A stretch of DNA of 63,784 nucleotides from Octopus bimaculoides (Eukaryota): positions 40,610,992-40,674,775 of the forward strand of contig NC_068989.1 of NCBI RefSeq assembly GCF_001194135.2. The letters run 5' to 3'. Position numbers and translations under genes: made by a program. How positions within the stretch are numbered: position 1 is the first letter of the stretch; the number at the start of each line of letters is the position of its first letter. Positions 26,773-39,559 of the stretch are shown one piece after another. The notes under the pieces are model-generated. The model did not search any database, had not been told where the DNA came from, and saw only the letters and a program-made list of their open reading frames with translations.

Positions 26773-27410
26773 AGGCGATGAGCTGGCAGAATCGTCAGTA
26801 CGCCAGATGAAGTGCTTAGCGATATTTCATATGTCGCTACGTTCTGAGTTCAAATTCCACCGGGGTTGACTTCGCCCTTTATTATTCCGTGGTGGATGAA
26901 TTAAGTAGCAATGAAACACTGGGGTCGATGTAATCGACTAGTCCCCTCTCCCAAAATTTCAGGTCTTGTGCCTATAGTAGAAGGGATTAATATTAGTAGT
27001 AATAGTCGGGTGGTGAGCTGGAAGAATTGTTGTCGCACCGGGATAAACCCTTAGCAGCATTTCGTCCATTTTCACTAAGTTAAAATTTCACCGAGGTTGA
27101 CTTTACCTTTCATCCCTTTCTGGAACGATAAGATAGTACCAGTAGAATACTGAGGGTCGATGTAACCGACTTAAACTTTCTCCCGAAATTATTGTTATTC
27201 TGCCAAAATTCGAAACCATTATTACTAAGACGGTGAGCTGCCAGAATTGTTAACACGTCAGACAAAATGCTGACTTCAAATTCCACCAAGGTCGATTTTG
27301 GTTTCCGTGCTTTTGAAGTTAAGATAAGCACCTGTTGAACACTGATGAACTTAACTATCCCCCTCCTCCAAAATTTCAGGATTTGTGACTATAATAGAAA
27401 GAATTATTAC
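26773..27410 (+). mobile_element. Three head-to-tail SINE copies
   Basis: Heads at about 26773, 27008 and 27228, each followed by core and tail, and separated by short (TAG/TAA/TTA)n tracts. Confidence 0.85.
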
Positions 27411-28083
27411 TACTGTTAGTTCAAATGCTGCCATGATTTACTTTATCTTTCGCCCCTTCAGGTTCGTTAAAATAAAGCAGAAGTTTAGAATTCTGGCCGA
27501 TCGTATCGGCTACATTATATTGTGATATAATTTATCTTTAGAGAGAGCAAGAGTAGACCGTTCAAATCTGGCTTCCACCAATCATCTTAAACACCCGCAT
27601 GTAAATTCTGTCATTAATCACAAACAAAATGTCAGGATTTTTTTTCTCACAGAAATCCATTTCACAAATTGATATATTGTTAGAAAGCAGGTTTTAACAA
27701 TTGTTTTAACAATTTGTTGATTTTTACATTAACTATGAAGCATAAATCATGATAGTCTAAAGTTTTGTTAATCAAAATTACAATTAGCAGTGACAAAACA
27801 TATATCGTTTCGCTTACTGTTTCCTATAATAAACGTGTGGGTGAACGTATTTGGAAGCAAGCAATTAAATCCATCATAATATATTAAAAGTATCTAAATT
27901 AGTAATCTAAAAGGAACTTTTAAGTCTTTGACATGCTGAAACCAAGATATGAAGTGGTGCAACGCAATAAGTTAATTCATTTGCAGTTGCAACTGCTCTG
28001 GCGTCGATCGACAAAAGAGAAAGGTAATTTGTCGAAAAATTGGCGAAACCATTGGCGATTTAATTCCTGTTAAAAGGATCAGA

Positions 28084-28644
28084 GGATCTTTTTTAAATCG
28101 GGGGCCACATTTTTCATTAACGAAACACTTTGAAACTTGGAACACTGGTAGAATGTGTCATATAAAACATCTTTTTCTCTTAGTCTTCTTAAAAAAAAAA
28201 AGAAATCCCTAAGTTATTCCATGTTAAAGTTGTCGTATTTCTGTAATTTCAACCAATCACTGACGTCCATTCAGCCGATATACATTAAGTGCCGACTACA
28301 TAAACAAACGATTCTGAAACAATTCTATCGGTGATAGGATTAGGGTTAGGGTAAAACAGCAAATTTAAAAAGAAAAAAAGAAAATCGAAGCTATGGAAAT
28401 TAAATACGCTTTACACAGCTTAATCAGCCAAAGGAGTAAATGTAAACAACTGAATACTTGTCAGTGATTGGTTGCAATTATCGAAATAAGACAATTTTTT
28501 ACATGAAATAAATTCGAATACAAAAATATTTTTCTGTTCTATAACACAAAATAGATAAGTATACGAAGTTTGAAAGTCTTTCGGTACCAAAAACACTACG
28601 TAAAACATTAATGAAAAATGTGGCCCCCGTTTTAAAAAAGATCC
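28084..28644. mobile_element. 561-bp MITE with ~36-bp TIRs and 8-bp TSD
   Basis: Left TIR ggatcttttttaaatcggggccacatttttcattaa; right TIR ttaatgaaaaatgtggcccccgttttaaaaaagatcc. TSD ggatcaga at 28076-28083 and 28645-28652. Confidence 0.9.
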
Positions 28645-31600
28645 GGATCAGATATCAGTATATAACCAACACATTCGTTCAAATATACAAACACACACAC
28701 ATATATCAGACAAGTTAGATATGTCAATTGTATATGTACAAAATATAAAGAAATGCAGAGGTCACTGTGGTAAAAGGAAACTATGCAGAAGACTGTAGTA
28801 TGTATGTGTGTATATGTCTCTCCGTTTGACAAACGATGTCGATGTCCTTATGTCGCATTATGCTTGTGGTTTAGGGAAAAAGTGGCCCATAAAATAGGTA
28901 CTACGCTTATAAAAAATAAATACAATGCATGATGCAAGTATAAGAATATGGGACTCACACACAAATTAAAAGTACATGTTAGAAAAAAGAATCTGGTAAG
29001 ACTGGTACTTTCATCTGAGTGTATCGGCATCACAACTAAAATCTCACAAAAGTGTTCATCAAAAGTGTTTAAAGTTTATATAAAAATATTTGTTGCAAAT
29101 GCTGCTCTGGATCTCAACTTTGAATAAGCTGATCTACAATCAAAGATATTTTACTCATGACTATTTCGTCTTCAATCTTTCAGCGTAAACTGGTATCCAA
29201 TATGTATCTATTTTGATACAATGGGCTTTAATTTGAGGAGGTCTTAGCTAGTATGTCGTAGCTGTGGATGGTCAGTGATTGTAAGATTTTTCTGTATTTA
29301 AAATTTAATTTGTGATGGAAGTGGGACAGTATTTTTAGCCGTTATAACCTCTATATTAGTGCGCAGATAAGGACGTTACGGTTGAAGTATTGATATTTTC
29401 AATTGCTGCAGTTTAGTACTTGAATGATATGGAGGAGTAAAAGAAATACGTTTTCTGGGTCGTAATTTGTAGAAGCACTTTAATGCATAACCTAAGTGGT
29501 GAGAAAGTAATCAACGTAAGATAAGTGCATTTATTCTTCGAGTTTATTGTAGTGTCGTATTTTGATTACGTCATAGGATCAGTTAAAACTTTAGTAATAG
29601 TGTCACAAGTGACACACACACAACTCCCTTATGCTGTATAAAACTCGACATCGTCTCTTTGCCTGGGTGGGGGATAAGTGTAAATTTGTAGCTGAATGAT
29701 AAGACCTATGATATGTCTTTAGTCGTGTAGTGTCATTCTTCTTGCCGAATGATCGCCAGTTGACTTAATTCGAATATTAGAATGTTATCACCAAAATTGA
29801 TTTGTTTCTGAAAATAAACCGGAATTATTCACGTGAATCGATATGAACAGACCCCCACCCCATATGAATTCAATACAGAATGTTTAAATTTACGAATATT
29901 AGCTCTCAAAATGTTATCTAAACAATCAGTTGAATTCTTAAAGATACAACTTGCATTTGTTATTGTTTAGATCCAGGTCGATGAAGAGGTAAAATACGAT
30001 CTAATATAAATGCCATTAACGTCATGTTTCAATAAATTGCATGTCTTAATCCGTCTCCCACTTCAATATCATCACTACATGTTTGATGTATGCCTTTAGC
30101 GGTACGCGCTGTATTGGAAACATTCATGGTAAGACTGCTAGCTGATAAATGTTTACCTTCTTCCCACCAATCAAATGTCCTTAAAAATGGTATCAGCGTT
30201 TCCCTGGTCCTCTAACTAAGTCACAAGATGTAGGGGAAATCTATAAAGTTGGTCGAATTCTCGGCAATAGATGAGGATGCTTCACTAAAACTTGAGGCAA
30301 GATAGAACAGATTCCAGACTGCGAAACATATAAAGACATCCCTTGATTATGCTCATGGTCGCTATGATGGTTTTATAGCTGGGGTTACCAAATGCCCCAG
30401 TTATTGGTGAGGAGCCGCCACTAGATGGGCTGTGTAATGTTCATCACAATGTGAATCACTTTCACGTTGTGTAGTCGATGTATTGATATATTCTTCGGAG
30501 ATTATTATGGGCCATCTTCTTAGATACTTCAGTTTGACTGGAGGTGTTTTTTCTACCAAAATTATTCGGTGTGGAGCTGGCAAAATTAGCTGATTTTTAA
30601 TAAGGGAATAGTCAATCAAGAAGGGTGTCTGGAATAGAGCGATTAGGAAAACGCCGTCAGACTATTCGAATACAATATCAGAGAAATATTGAATAATGGT
30701 TGTTGATTAGAAACCTGCACAGATGAGATTAGTTAATTAGGAATAGAGAAAGAAAAAAATATTTCCAAAAATAATGCCTCAAGTGAATTGTGAGTTGAAA
30801 TAAATTCCTTCCAAAACAGTTCGTAAATTAAAATACCTGTGGCATGATAGTTTCCAGACCGAGACACAGAAGTACAAAGAGAAGCAGCGAAACTGAGTTC
30901 TAGTCAGGGTTTTCTAGTTACTGACATACTATGTGATGAAGTGGATGAATTCTACAGATGTCATGTTGCTATACAGAATATAGTCTGGCCAGCAAGTATG
31001 AAATAGAAATACAACAAAAATTGTATCTAAAGAAAAATTAAAATGACAGGTTTGACATTTTTTCTGTTAGAAACCTAAATCTCGCTTGTCATATATTTTT
31101 GAACGGTGATTATAATTCCAAATAAGCTGTGTTTGAAATAAAAGGACAGTGTCACGTCCAAGTTGCCTTTCATTATCATTGTGCTAGATCATAGCTAACC
31201 TAGGGTTAAACATTAACTCCATACTTGCTGTCAATTACAGCAATAATTATACTCTAACGTCTGGATAGTGAAAGACTCTCTCCTGAGTGAACATGACAGT
31301 TAGTGGAGAGTATCGGATGATCTATTGTGTTAAAACCTAGGTTAGATTTTCTAATTAATTCTGATCGTCTGATATTACTTGGCTTTATCAGGTACATTAA
31401 ATCACCTTTGCTGGAATGTGCAGTTATTAATATTTAGCAGTGGGTATAAATTATATTGTGTAGCTATCGCAATATAAAAGTTACGTTATATGTCATTGTT
31501 GAAGGCCAGCCAACTCTCTAACAGGTTTATTAACGAGCGCATCTATATCTTCCTAACCAATTTTATTTCTCTATATCTATATTGTCTAATGTAGCATGAT

Positions 31601-31759
31601 GTGATTTGAAGGATATTTACCTGCTGTTTTTTATTAGATCATATAGTTAGATGTTATGTATCAATACGTGTATATCGTGCATTATTGGGTAATGTGTGAA
31701 GGCCTCCTTCGATCAATAAGTCACCATGGGATTGCACGTAGAAAGTTCCCCTCCGAGGT

Positions 31760-32020
31760 ACATGTTCGAGCAAAGTTGTTTGTGGAAGACCAGCAGTCAC
31801 CCATACATACCAGCCTTCTCTCTCCACGCCACTGATGTTATCCAAGAGAAAGGCAAAGGCATCAATGCCATCTCAACTCATTTCTACAGTTGAGTGAACC
31901 GCAACGTGAAATAAAGTATCTTGCTCAAGAACACAATACACAGCCCGGTCTAGGAATCGAAGTTACTACCTCAAGATTGTGAGTCCAACGCTCTAAATAT
32001 TGACCCACGTGCCTTCATGA
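31760..32020 (-). mobile_element. tRNA-derived SINE (gaaggcacgtgg head type)
   Basis: Minus strand: gaaggcacgtgggtcaatatttagagcgttggactcacaatcttgaggtagtaacttcgattcctagaccgggctg...ttgagcaagatact. Confidence 0.7.
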
Positions 32021-33185
32021 TAGGTATATAGTAGATGTAGTATTGAATTGTTGCTGTTGTGATCCCGAATCAAACTTGATTGAGCGGATTTTCGATCATA
32101 AGAGCCCTGTCTATCCCGGCCCCATCTCAATCACTGGTATGTAGATCTACGTCCCCCGTCATTACGTTATTTTCTAAGATGGTAGGGTGTTACTGGAAAG
32201 AAATTTGGTTGCTAATATTAGCAAACCAATCGACCAGGATGAGAACTCCCACCTCATTGCCTGATAAATAGTTCACATCAGCAGTAATTTCGGTATATAT
32301 AATATATTGATACGTAGAAAAGTGTATATAATAGTGTTGCAGTGATTGGAAATCTTCTAGAAAATAGATAGACAAAATAACAGCTAGAAAACTAACAAAG
32401 GAAACCTACTACGCGTTATCTGGACCAGATAAAAATGAAATCGAAGTTGGCATACCATTTACATGAAACTTCTAGCTAGAAAATAGTTGGAAGATTATCA
32501 CAGCTACAACACGTTTCATCATAAGTTACTTTGAGTATTACCGACCAGGGGTTAAATAACAACAACATCGTATATTTTGTTGGTGTTATAAGCAATGACT
32601 GAACACATCTATTACTGAAAGCATGCACTCCAGTTATGACAAACTAGTCGATTTTATTTTCGAAGCAGAGTGTAGACCGGACTGATTTATTTAATATGTC
32701 CGTTTTCATTTCCAACACAGGAGCGCGAGTTTTGATAAAAATTTAAATGCTGTTTTCTCTAGCACAAAAAGTGATCATGTGCAAGCGCTTTTCTAGTTCG
32801 TTTTAGTTTCCATAAGTGAACAATCTAACCCTGTCCACGTTATCGATTATGGGTGAAATTAGAAGCTACAAAGAGAAAGCAGTGAAATAGTCTTGCGGAA
32901 AATCGATATTCTATCAAATTCTTTACTCAATGACAGCATAACTCCAATTCTCACGTGCATTCCTTTTCATTTTCGGCAGCATATTGTCACAGAAGATTAG
33001 TTAGTTCCTAACAGAGAAATTGTTACATGTTCACCCATTATTTACATTTGCTATTCAAATCCATTCTTCTCTTACTTTTATCACTTTCTATCTATCAGTT
33101 TATATATTATATATAATGATTTCCTAACAATGTAATCAACAATGCACTTCCATATACCTATAAACACATATTTCTAAATTATATA

Positions 33186-33219
<34 letters not shown>

Positions 33220-33429
33220 ACTATATATAAACACACACGCACACATCTTCAATAGAGGTGTTAAGAAAATATAATATTATCCAAACAATTCCCTGTATAT
33301 CTTAAATTCTGTCACGTATGTGTGCACTGCTTATTTTATCCCTACTTATTTAACCACAATACGCATTAGGTTCTCAAAACAAATGAGACTTGAATAATCT
33401 CTCTCATCTCTTTTCATATCATGAATTTA

Positions 33430-33700
33430 TGTTTCTAAACACTGCACAAGCATGTTTCCGCAAATGACTCATGCGTCCAGCTTTTGATTTGGATACTTTT
33501 TGCAGATATAAGTGCATTCTTGTGTATTCTTATGGACCAATTCAAGCTTTCAATAGACATCCAAACCTTGTTACAAATTGGACACTTGTTTTGGTCTTGG
33601 AGGAGCATGTTCCTATATGAGTTCTTATATTGGCTCCGCCATATGACTGCTCATGACTAATTCAGCTTCGGTTACGAGTAACACTCAAAATCACTAGACA
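33430..33700 (-). pseudogene. RTE-like LINE 3' remnant (C2H2 finger)
   Basis: Minus frame NKCPICNKVWMSIESLNWSIRIH, comparable to the fingers of the RTE at 16450-16750. Confidence 0.5.
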
Positions 33701-33896
33701 GTCGGTCCCGCTTTCGAGCCCGTTTTTGCTAGTTTTTCCTGTTGAATCCTGTTCTGTTTGAATGCTTCGCAAACTTACTTCATTGTATCCACGCCACTTT
33801 GATTGATACAATGCAAGCGTTTCCCATTCTTAATTTCCAATGTTTAAAAATTCGAATATTGCCTTTATCACACTTTAATGTCTCATCTGCGGTATA

Positions 33897-34112
33897 AGGT
33901 GATGAGCAGGCAGAATCGTTAGTACGCCGGGTAAAATGCATAGCGGCATTTCGTCCATCATTAAGTTCTGTGTTCAAATTCCGTCGAAATAGATTTTTCT
34001 TTTTGATCCGCACTGGGTCGATAAAATAAGTACCAGTTGAGTACTGGGGTTGATATAATCAGCTTACCCCTCTCGCAAATTTGATGGTCGTGTGCCAAAA
34101 TTTGAAACCAAT
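33897..34112 (+). mobile_element. tRNA-derived SINE (cggcat variant, gtgccaaaatttgaaacc tail)
   Basis: Head, B box, core and tail are all visible. Confidence 0.85.
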
Positions 34113-34739
34113 ATTTCTTCGATTTATACTGTGGGCGCTTGTGTAGTGCTAGTTCGCCATTAAGTATTTGCTTAGGAATCCTTATATTATCCATTATAAT
34201 TAAATTCGACGCGTTTGATTCAAAATAATGTTTTTTTTTTTGTTTTGTTTTTTTTTCAAAACTGGCATCTTACAGTTTGCAAGAATTATGGTGTCTGGAT
34301 TTTTGTCTTAGTATGAGCCTTAAACAGCCTTGGTGGAATCAACCAAGTGATTCAATATAATGGCGAGAGGCAGTTCATGTTTTCTAAAACATACAAAAGA
34401 AGGCTCTCTTCTGTCCTCTCACACTTATTTCCAAGTTTTCCAAAAGCAGTCGTTACTTTCGCAATCTCTTGATGAATTGCAACATCTAAAGACTAATTAG
34501 ATGATATAATGAATCCAAGACGTATACACATTCATTCAGAGCATAAGTACACACTCAAGTGCCGTAGTGAAAGTAATGAAGAAGGTGTTTATAAGTCATT
34601 TAAGAACACACAAAAACCGTTAAATTCACTTCAAAATTTAAATTTAATTTGTGTCAAAATATTTTCGTCGCTTTGAGACCGCGACTAGTTCACTGACAAA
34701 ATTCTGTGCTGCATCTCTAAAAGTAACGGTTAGTTCATG

Positions 34740-34774
<35 letters not shown>

Positions 34775-34804
34775 TGTATATGTATGTATGTATATGTATG
34801 TATG

Positions 34805-34836
<32 letters not shown>

Positions 34837-35530
34837 TATGTATGTATGTATATGTATGTATGTGTGTATGTGTGTGTACATGTGTGTGCGTATGCATCTG
34901 TGTACATGCGTATGCATGTGTGCATGCTTATACGCATGTATGTATGTACTTATGGATGTACGTGAGTAATAAGGTAAGTGTGTAGACNNNNNNNNNNNNN
35001 NNNNNNNNNNNNNNNNNNNNNNNNNNNNNNNNNNNNNNNNNNNNNNNNNNNNNNNNNNNNNNNNNNNNNNNNNNNNNNNNNNNNNNNNNNNNNNNNNNNN
35101 NNNNNNNNNNNNNNNNNNNNNNNNNNNNNNNNNNNNNNNNNNNNNNNNNNNNNNNNNNNNNNNNNNNNNNNNNNNNNNNNNNNNNNNNNNNNNNNNNNNN
35201 NNNNNNNNNNNNNNNNNNNNNNNNNNNNNNNNNNNNNNNNNNNNNNNNNNNNNNNNNNNNNNNNNNNNNNNNNNNNNNNNNNNNNNNNNNNNNNNNNNNN
35301 NNNNNNNNNNNNNNNNGAGATGTATATATATATATATATAGGAGATGTATATATATATATATATAGGAGATGTATATATATATATATATAGGAGATGTAT
35401 ATATATATATATATAGATGTGTATATATATATAGGAGATGTATATATATATATATAGACACACATAAATATTAATGTCCATAAATGTGTGACTAAGTGTG
35501 TGTGCATGCACACGCGCACACGCCCGCATG
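34740..35530. repeat. (TATG)n/(TA)n microsatellites around an N gap
   Basis: Direct reading. Confidence 0.95.
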
Positions 35531-36554
35531 CGGATGCTTTCAGCTGGTTACGAACCTAACTGAACTGCTAGACAGTTCTCATATTAAACTTTTCCGTATC
35601 TGTTTTTTATATTTACTTGTCTGCACTACATGAATTTGTTTCAGATGTAATCCCATATTGTTCCTACAAATAAACAAATGTTATATGCAGATACGTTTCT
35701 ACATACAAATAATGACAAATCCACTTCTTAGTACTCCAACACACATTTAGAATGAAGCGGTGTATGCAACAGCACACATGCCAAAGTTATAAACAATTGT
35801 GTGTATGTGTATGTTTATATTTCAGGTATCTATTTAATCACGTTTCTTCTGGTTTACATATGTAATGCAAAATGCACGGTAATGATTTGAAATTCGAGTC
35901 TTCCATGCCAACAGTTTATTTATATTTTAAGTTCAGGATATATATGTATGTGTGTGTGTATAAATACAGACATACATATATCATACAGAATGAAAATACC
36001 TTGGGGAAGGAAAATTAATATGTGTACGCGTGTGAGTGTTCAGACGCTAGTATGTGTATCCTTAGTCACACTGTAACATATTTGCAAAGGAAAACATTGC
36101 TTAAAGTTTTGAAACGTGGCATGTTATATTTCAAACTTCACTTACAACTACAAAGACGATTGTTCCAATAAACAGCGCAACTGTTTCACGATTCATCAGT
36201 TACACACGCACGCGTACATATGCGCACACACGCTCGCAGGCGAGGCACGCTTGCACTCATTATGTAATGAGTTTTCAGCGCCATCCAAGTTTGATAATCT
36301 CATGAGTGTACAGGAGATCAAGATGTCTTCTGGGTATTGGATGGCTGTTGGTTAACTCAGGTCACATGGTGTTAATACATCGGGTGTGTTCTCAGTTACT
36401 GCTCAGGATTCCTCGGATCGAAGGCTGACAGAATGCTGGTAACGACACACTATCTCAGGAAAGGGATTCAGTTTGCTAAGTACAGCAGTTAGTTGGTGAG
36501 TACATGGACTGGCCCATTCTTGATGTGTTTGTATGTAAATATATAGGGAGAATT

Positions 36555-36705
36555 CACACAAAAAAACAACAACAGACGAAGACAGGTGGTGTAGAAAAGA
36601 AATAGATGTATTAGTATAACGCTCGGGAATTGAAAATTTTTTAACGTTTCGAGCCTACCCTCTTCCACAGAAAGAAACACGAAGAGAAAAATAAAGGAGA
36701 ATATA
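36555..36705 (-). mobile_element. Penelope-type terminal repeat fragment
   Basis: Homologous to 63475-63660 (aacaacagacgaagacaggtggtgta...gctcgggaat...acgtttcgagc). Contains a hammerhead-like motif. Confidence 0.6.
36638..36675 (-). ncRNA. Hammerhead-like motif, non-canonical core CUGUGGA
   Basis: Minus strand: UCUUU CUGUGGA A GAGG-GUAG-GCUC GAAA CG UU AAAAA. Confidence 0.35.
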
Positions 36706-36799
36706 TATATATACATATATATNNNNNNNNNNNNNNNNNNNNNNNNNNNNNNNNNNNNNNNNNNNNNNNNNNNNNNNNNNNNNNNATATATATATATAA

Positions 36800-36960
36800 A
36801 ACCACCGCCTGACAACCAGTGTTGGTGTGTTTCCGTCACCGAAACTTGCGATAGAATAAGTAGCAGGCTAAATATTCCTGGGGTCGATTCATTCGGCCAA
36901 AAAATCTTCAAAGTGTTGCATGGCCACAATCAAGTGACATACAAGTAAAAGAATAAAATA
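36800..36960 (+). mobile_element. 3' module of the microsatellite-containing SINE
   Basis: tgacaaccagtgttggtgtgttt...gatagaataagtag...ggggtcgatt...catggccac...acaagtaaaaga. Matches 44170-44360 and 54530-54725. Confidence 0.75.
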
Positions 36961-36991
36961 ACACATTTGTGTGTCTGTGGGTTTATGTGTG

Positions 36992-37065
<74 letters not shown>

Positions 37066-37203
37066 GAAACACATACACGCGCGCACACACATATACATAC
37101 AAATGGTTGTGTATATATATTTATATGTGTGTGTGTATGAATATATATATATATACCAGAGGTAGAGTAATATGCTTTATTAAAAAGCAGTAAAAATATC
37201 ACA

Positions 37204-37248
37204 AAAACTGTTACTCAGAGTTTCAAGTTCAGTTCGTCGGACAGTTTT
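37204..37248 (-). ncRNA. Penelope-type hammerhead-like motif with U4C change
   Basis: Minus strand: AAAACUGU CCGACGA ACUGAACUU GAAA CUCUGAG UA ACAGUUUU. 8-bp helix I, near-palindromic helix III, GUA triplet, degenerate helix II. Confidence 0.45.
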
Positions 37249-37590
37249 GTTTAGAATGGAACAAAAATAAGGTTATAAAAAAAAAAATGCAATTAGTTCA
37301 ATAGATACATATTTGAAAATGGCTTTGTTTCACTAGTCCTTTCAACTAACGGTCTTTTCAACGTCCAGTTGCATGCAATAACAAATTTCCGTATAAAATC
37401 ATTATTAAAAAATTGAAGAAAACCTTAAATCAAAAATAGTTCATTAGGAATATCCAGGGTAAATAATTAGCAGTAAAATATTAATCAATTAATGTATTAA
37501 AAATTATATACGTTTAAAAAATTTGTTCACGCTAAATTACATATACATTTAGCAGTATATACATATACCAAACCATCTATAATATTCATA

Positions 37591-37976
37591 TTGTTGTTGG
37601 CACTCTATCGCTTACGACGTCAAGGGTTCCATTTGATCCGATCAAGGGAACAGCCTGCTCGTGAAATTAACGTGCAAGTGGCTGAGCATTCCACACACAC
37701 GTGTACCCTTAAAGTAGTTCTCGGGGATATTCAGCGTGACATAGTGTGACAAGGTTGACCCTTTGAATTACAGGCACAACAGAAACAGGAAGTAAGAGTG
37801 AGAGAAAGTTGTGGTGGAAGAGTACAGAAAGGTTCGCCACTACCCTCTGCCGGAGCCTCGTGGAGCTTTAGTCGTTTTCGCTCAATAAACACTCACAACG
37901 CCCGGTCTGGGAATCGAAACCGCGATCCTATGGCTGCGAGTCCGCTGCCCTAACCACTGGGCCATTGCGCCTCCAC
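37591..37976 (-). mobile_element. Full-length tRNA-derived SINE (octopus OR-type by recall)
   Basis: Minus head gtggaggcgcaatggcccagtggttagggcagcggactcgcagccataggatcgcggtttcgattccc (A and B boxes). About 385 bp, ending in (CAA)n. Confidence 0.85.
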
Positions 37977-38429
37977 AATATACATNNNNNNNNNNNNNNN
38001 NNNNNNNNNNNNNNNNNNNNNNNNNNNNNNNNNNNNNNNNNNNNNNNNNNNNNNNNNNNNNNNNNNNNNNNNNNNNNNNNNNNNNNNNNNNNNNNNNNNN
38101 NNNNNNNNNNNNNNNNNNNNNNNNNNNNNNNNNNNNNNNNNNNNNNNNNNNNNNNNNNNNNNNNNNNNNNNNNNNNNNNNNNNNNNNNNNNNNNNNNNNN
38201 NNNNNNNNNNNNNNNNNNNNNNNNNNNNNNNNNNNNNNNNNNNNNNNNNNNNNNNNNNNNNNNNNNNNNNNNNNNNNNNNNNNNNNNNNNNNNNNNNNNN
38301 NNNNNNNNNNNNNNNNNNNNNNNNNNNNNNNNNNNNNNNNNNNNNNNNNNNNNNNNNNNNNNNNATATATACACTAAACATACAGACGCATGCATGTAGC
38401 TGCATACATATACAAATATATATAGGCAA

Positions 38430-38479
<50 letters not shown>

Positions 38480-38875
38480 AATGCATATATATGTATGTAC
38501 GCACACTCACGCACGCTCACAAAACCTCCTGGCGTATGCTTATGCAAGTTAATTGTTACAGGCGAAAAACAGAGGAGGAAAATAATCAGAAAATATTCAG
38601 AATGGGGGAAGGAAGAAAACAATGGAAAAGAAGAAAAAGAATTAAAAGAAAGAGAAATGGAAAATTAGAGAAAGAAATGGAAAATAGATAGGGGTAAAGA
38701 TTGTTACGTAACGGCATTCGAAACGTAAGAACGGTTAGATACTCTAGCTTTCGCAACGAACGCATAAAAACGCACATATAAAATTATATGCATATCTACA
38801 TAAGTACAAACATGCATAGAAATATACACACATATATAAAAGTATATACACATATACATACACACTTATATATGC

Positions 38876-38909
<34 letters not shown>

Positions 38910-39559
38910 NNNNNNNNNNNNNNNNNNNNNNNNNNNNNNNNNNNNNNNNNNNNNNNNNNNNNNNNNNNNNNNNNNNNNNNNNNNNNNNNNNNNNNNNNNN
39001 NNNNNNNNNNNNNNNNNNNNNNNNNNNNNNNNNNNNNNNNNNNNNNNNNNNNNNNNNNNNNNNNNNNNNNNNNNNNNNNNNNNNNNNTACATACATACAT
39101 ACATACATACATATGTATACACAAACCCACATACAAACATATACATTCCTGCAATACATACATACACATAAATATACAGAGGCATATCTTCACATCAAGA
39201 TAAATATATACACGATAACGTATATATGCAAACAATTTTAAAAACTGTCCGTTATATATAATATTAAAATGTAAAAATAAGAAAATTGTACATTAATTTA
39301 ATATAACATAATTAAATGCGTGAGTAAACAGTAAAAATTTTTAAAAAATCGGCGAAGCTTATGCTTAACATTTGGAAACAGTCGAAGGCTTTCTTAAACG
39401 TGACGTCGAAATATACACTAGCATTGCAATGCAAAATAGCTATTAGGTGTAAAGTGAAATTCGAATGCAACAGTTAACGATTTTTTGAAAGTCAAAACAT
39501 TTTACCTGTATGGTATTTTGTCGGTTGACATTTTAAACTTTGCGGCGTACCTGCAGGAA

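Noticed and set aside
33880-33900. Hammerhead-like CAGAUGA-GAC on the minus strand
   Set aside because: No GAAA box or helix I/III support.
37905-37976. tRNA-like sequence as a tRNA gene
   Set aside because: It continues into a ~310-bp SINE body and the acceptor stem is not intact.
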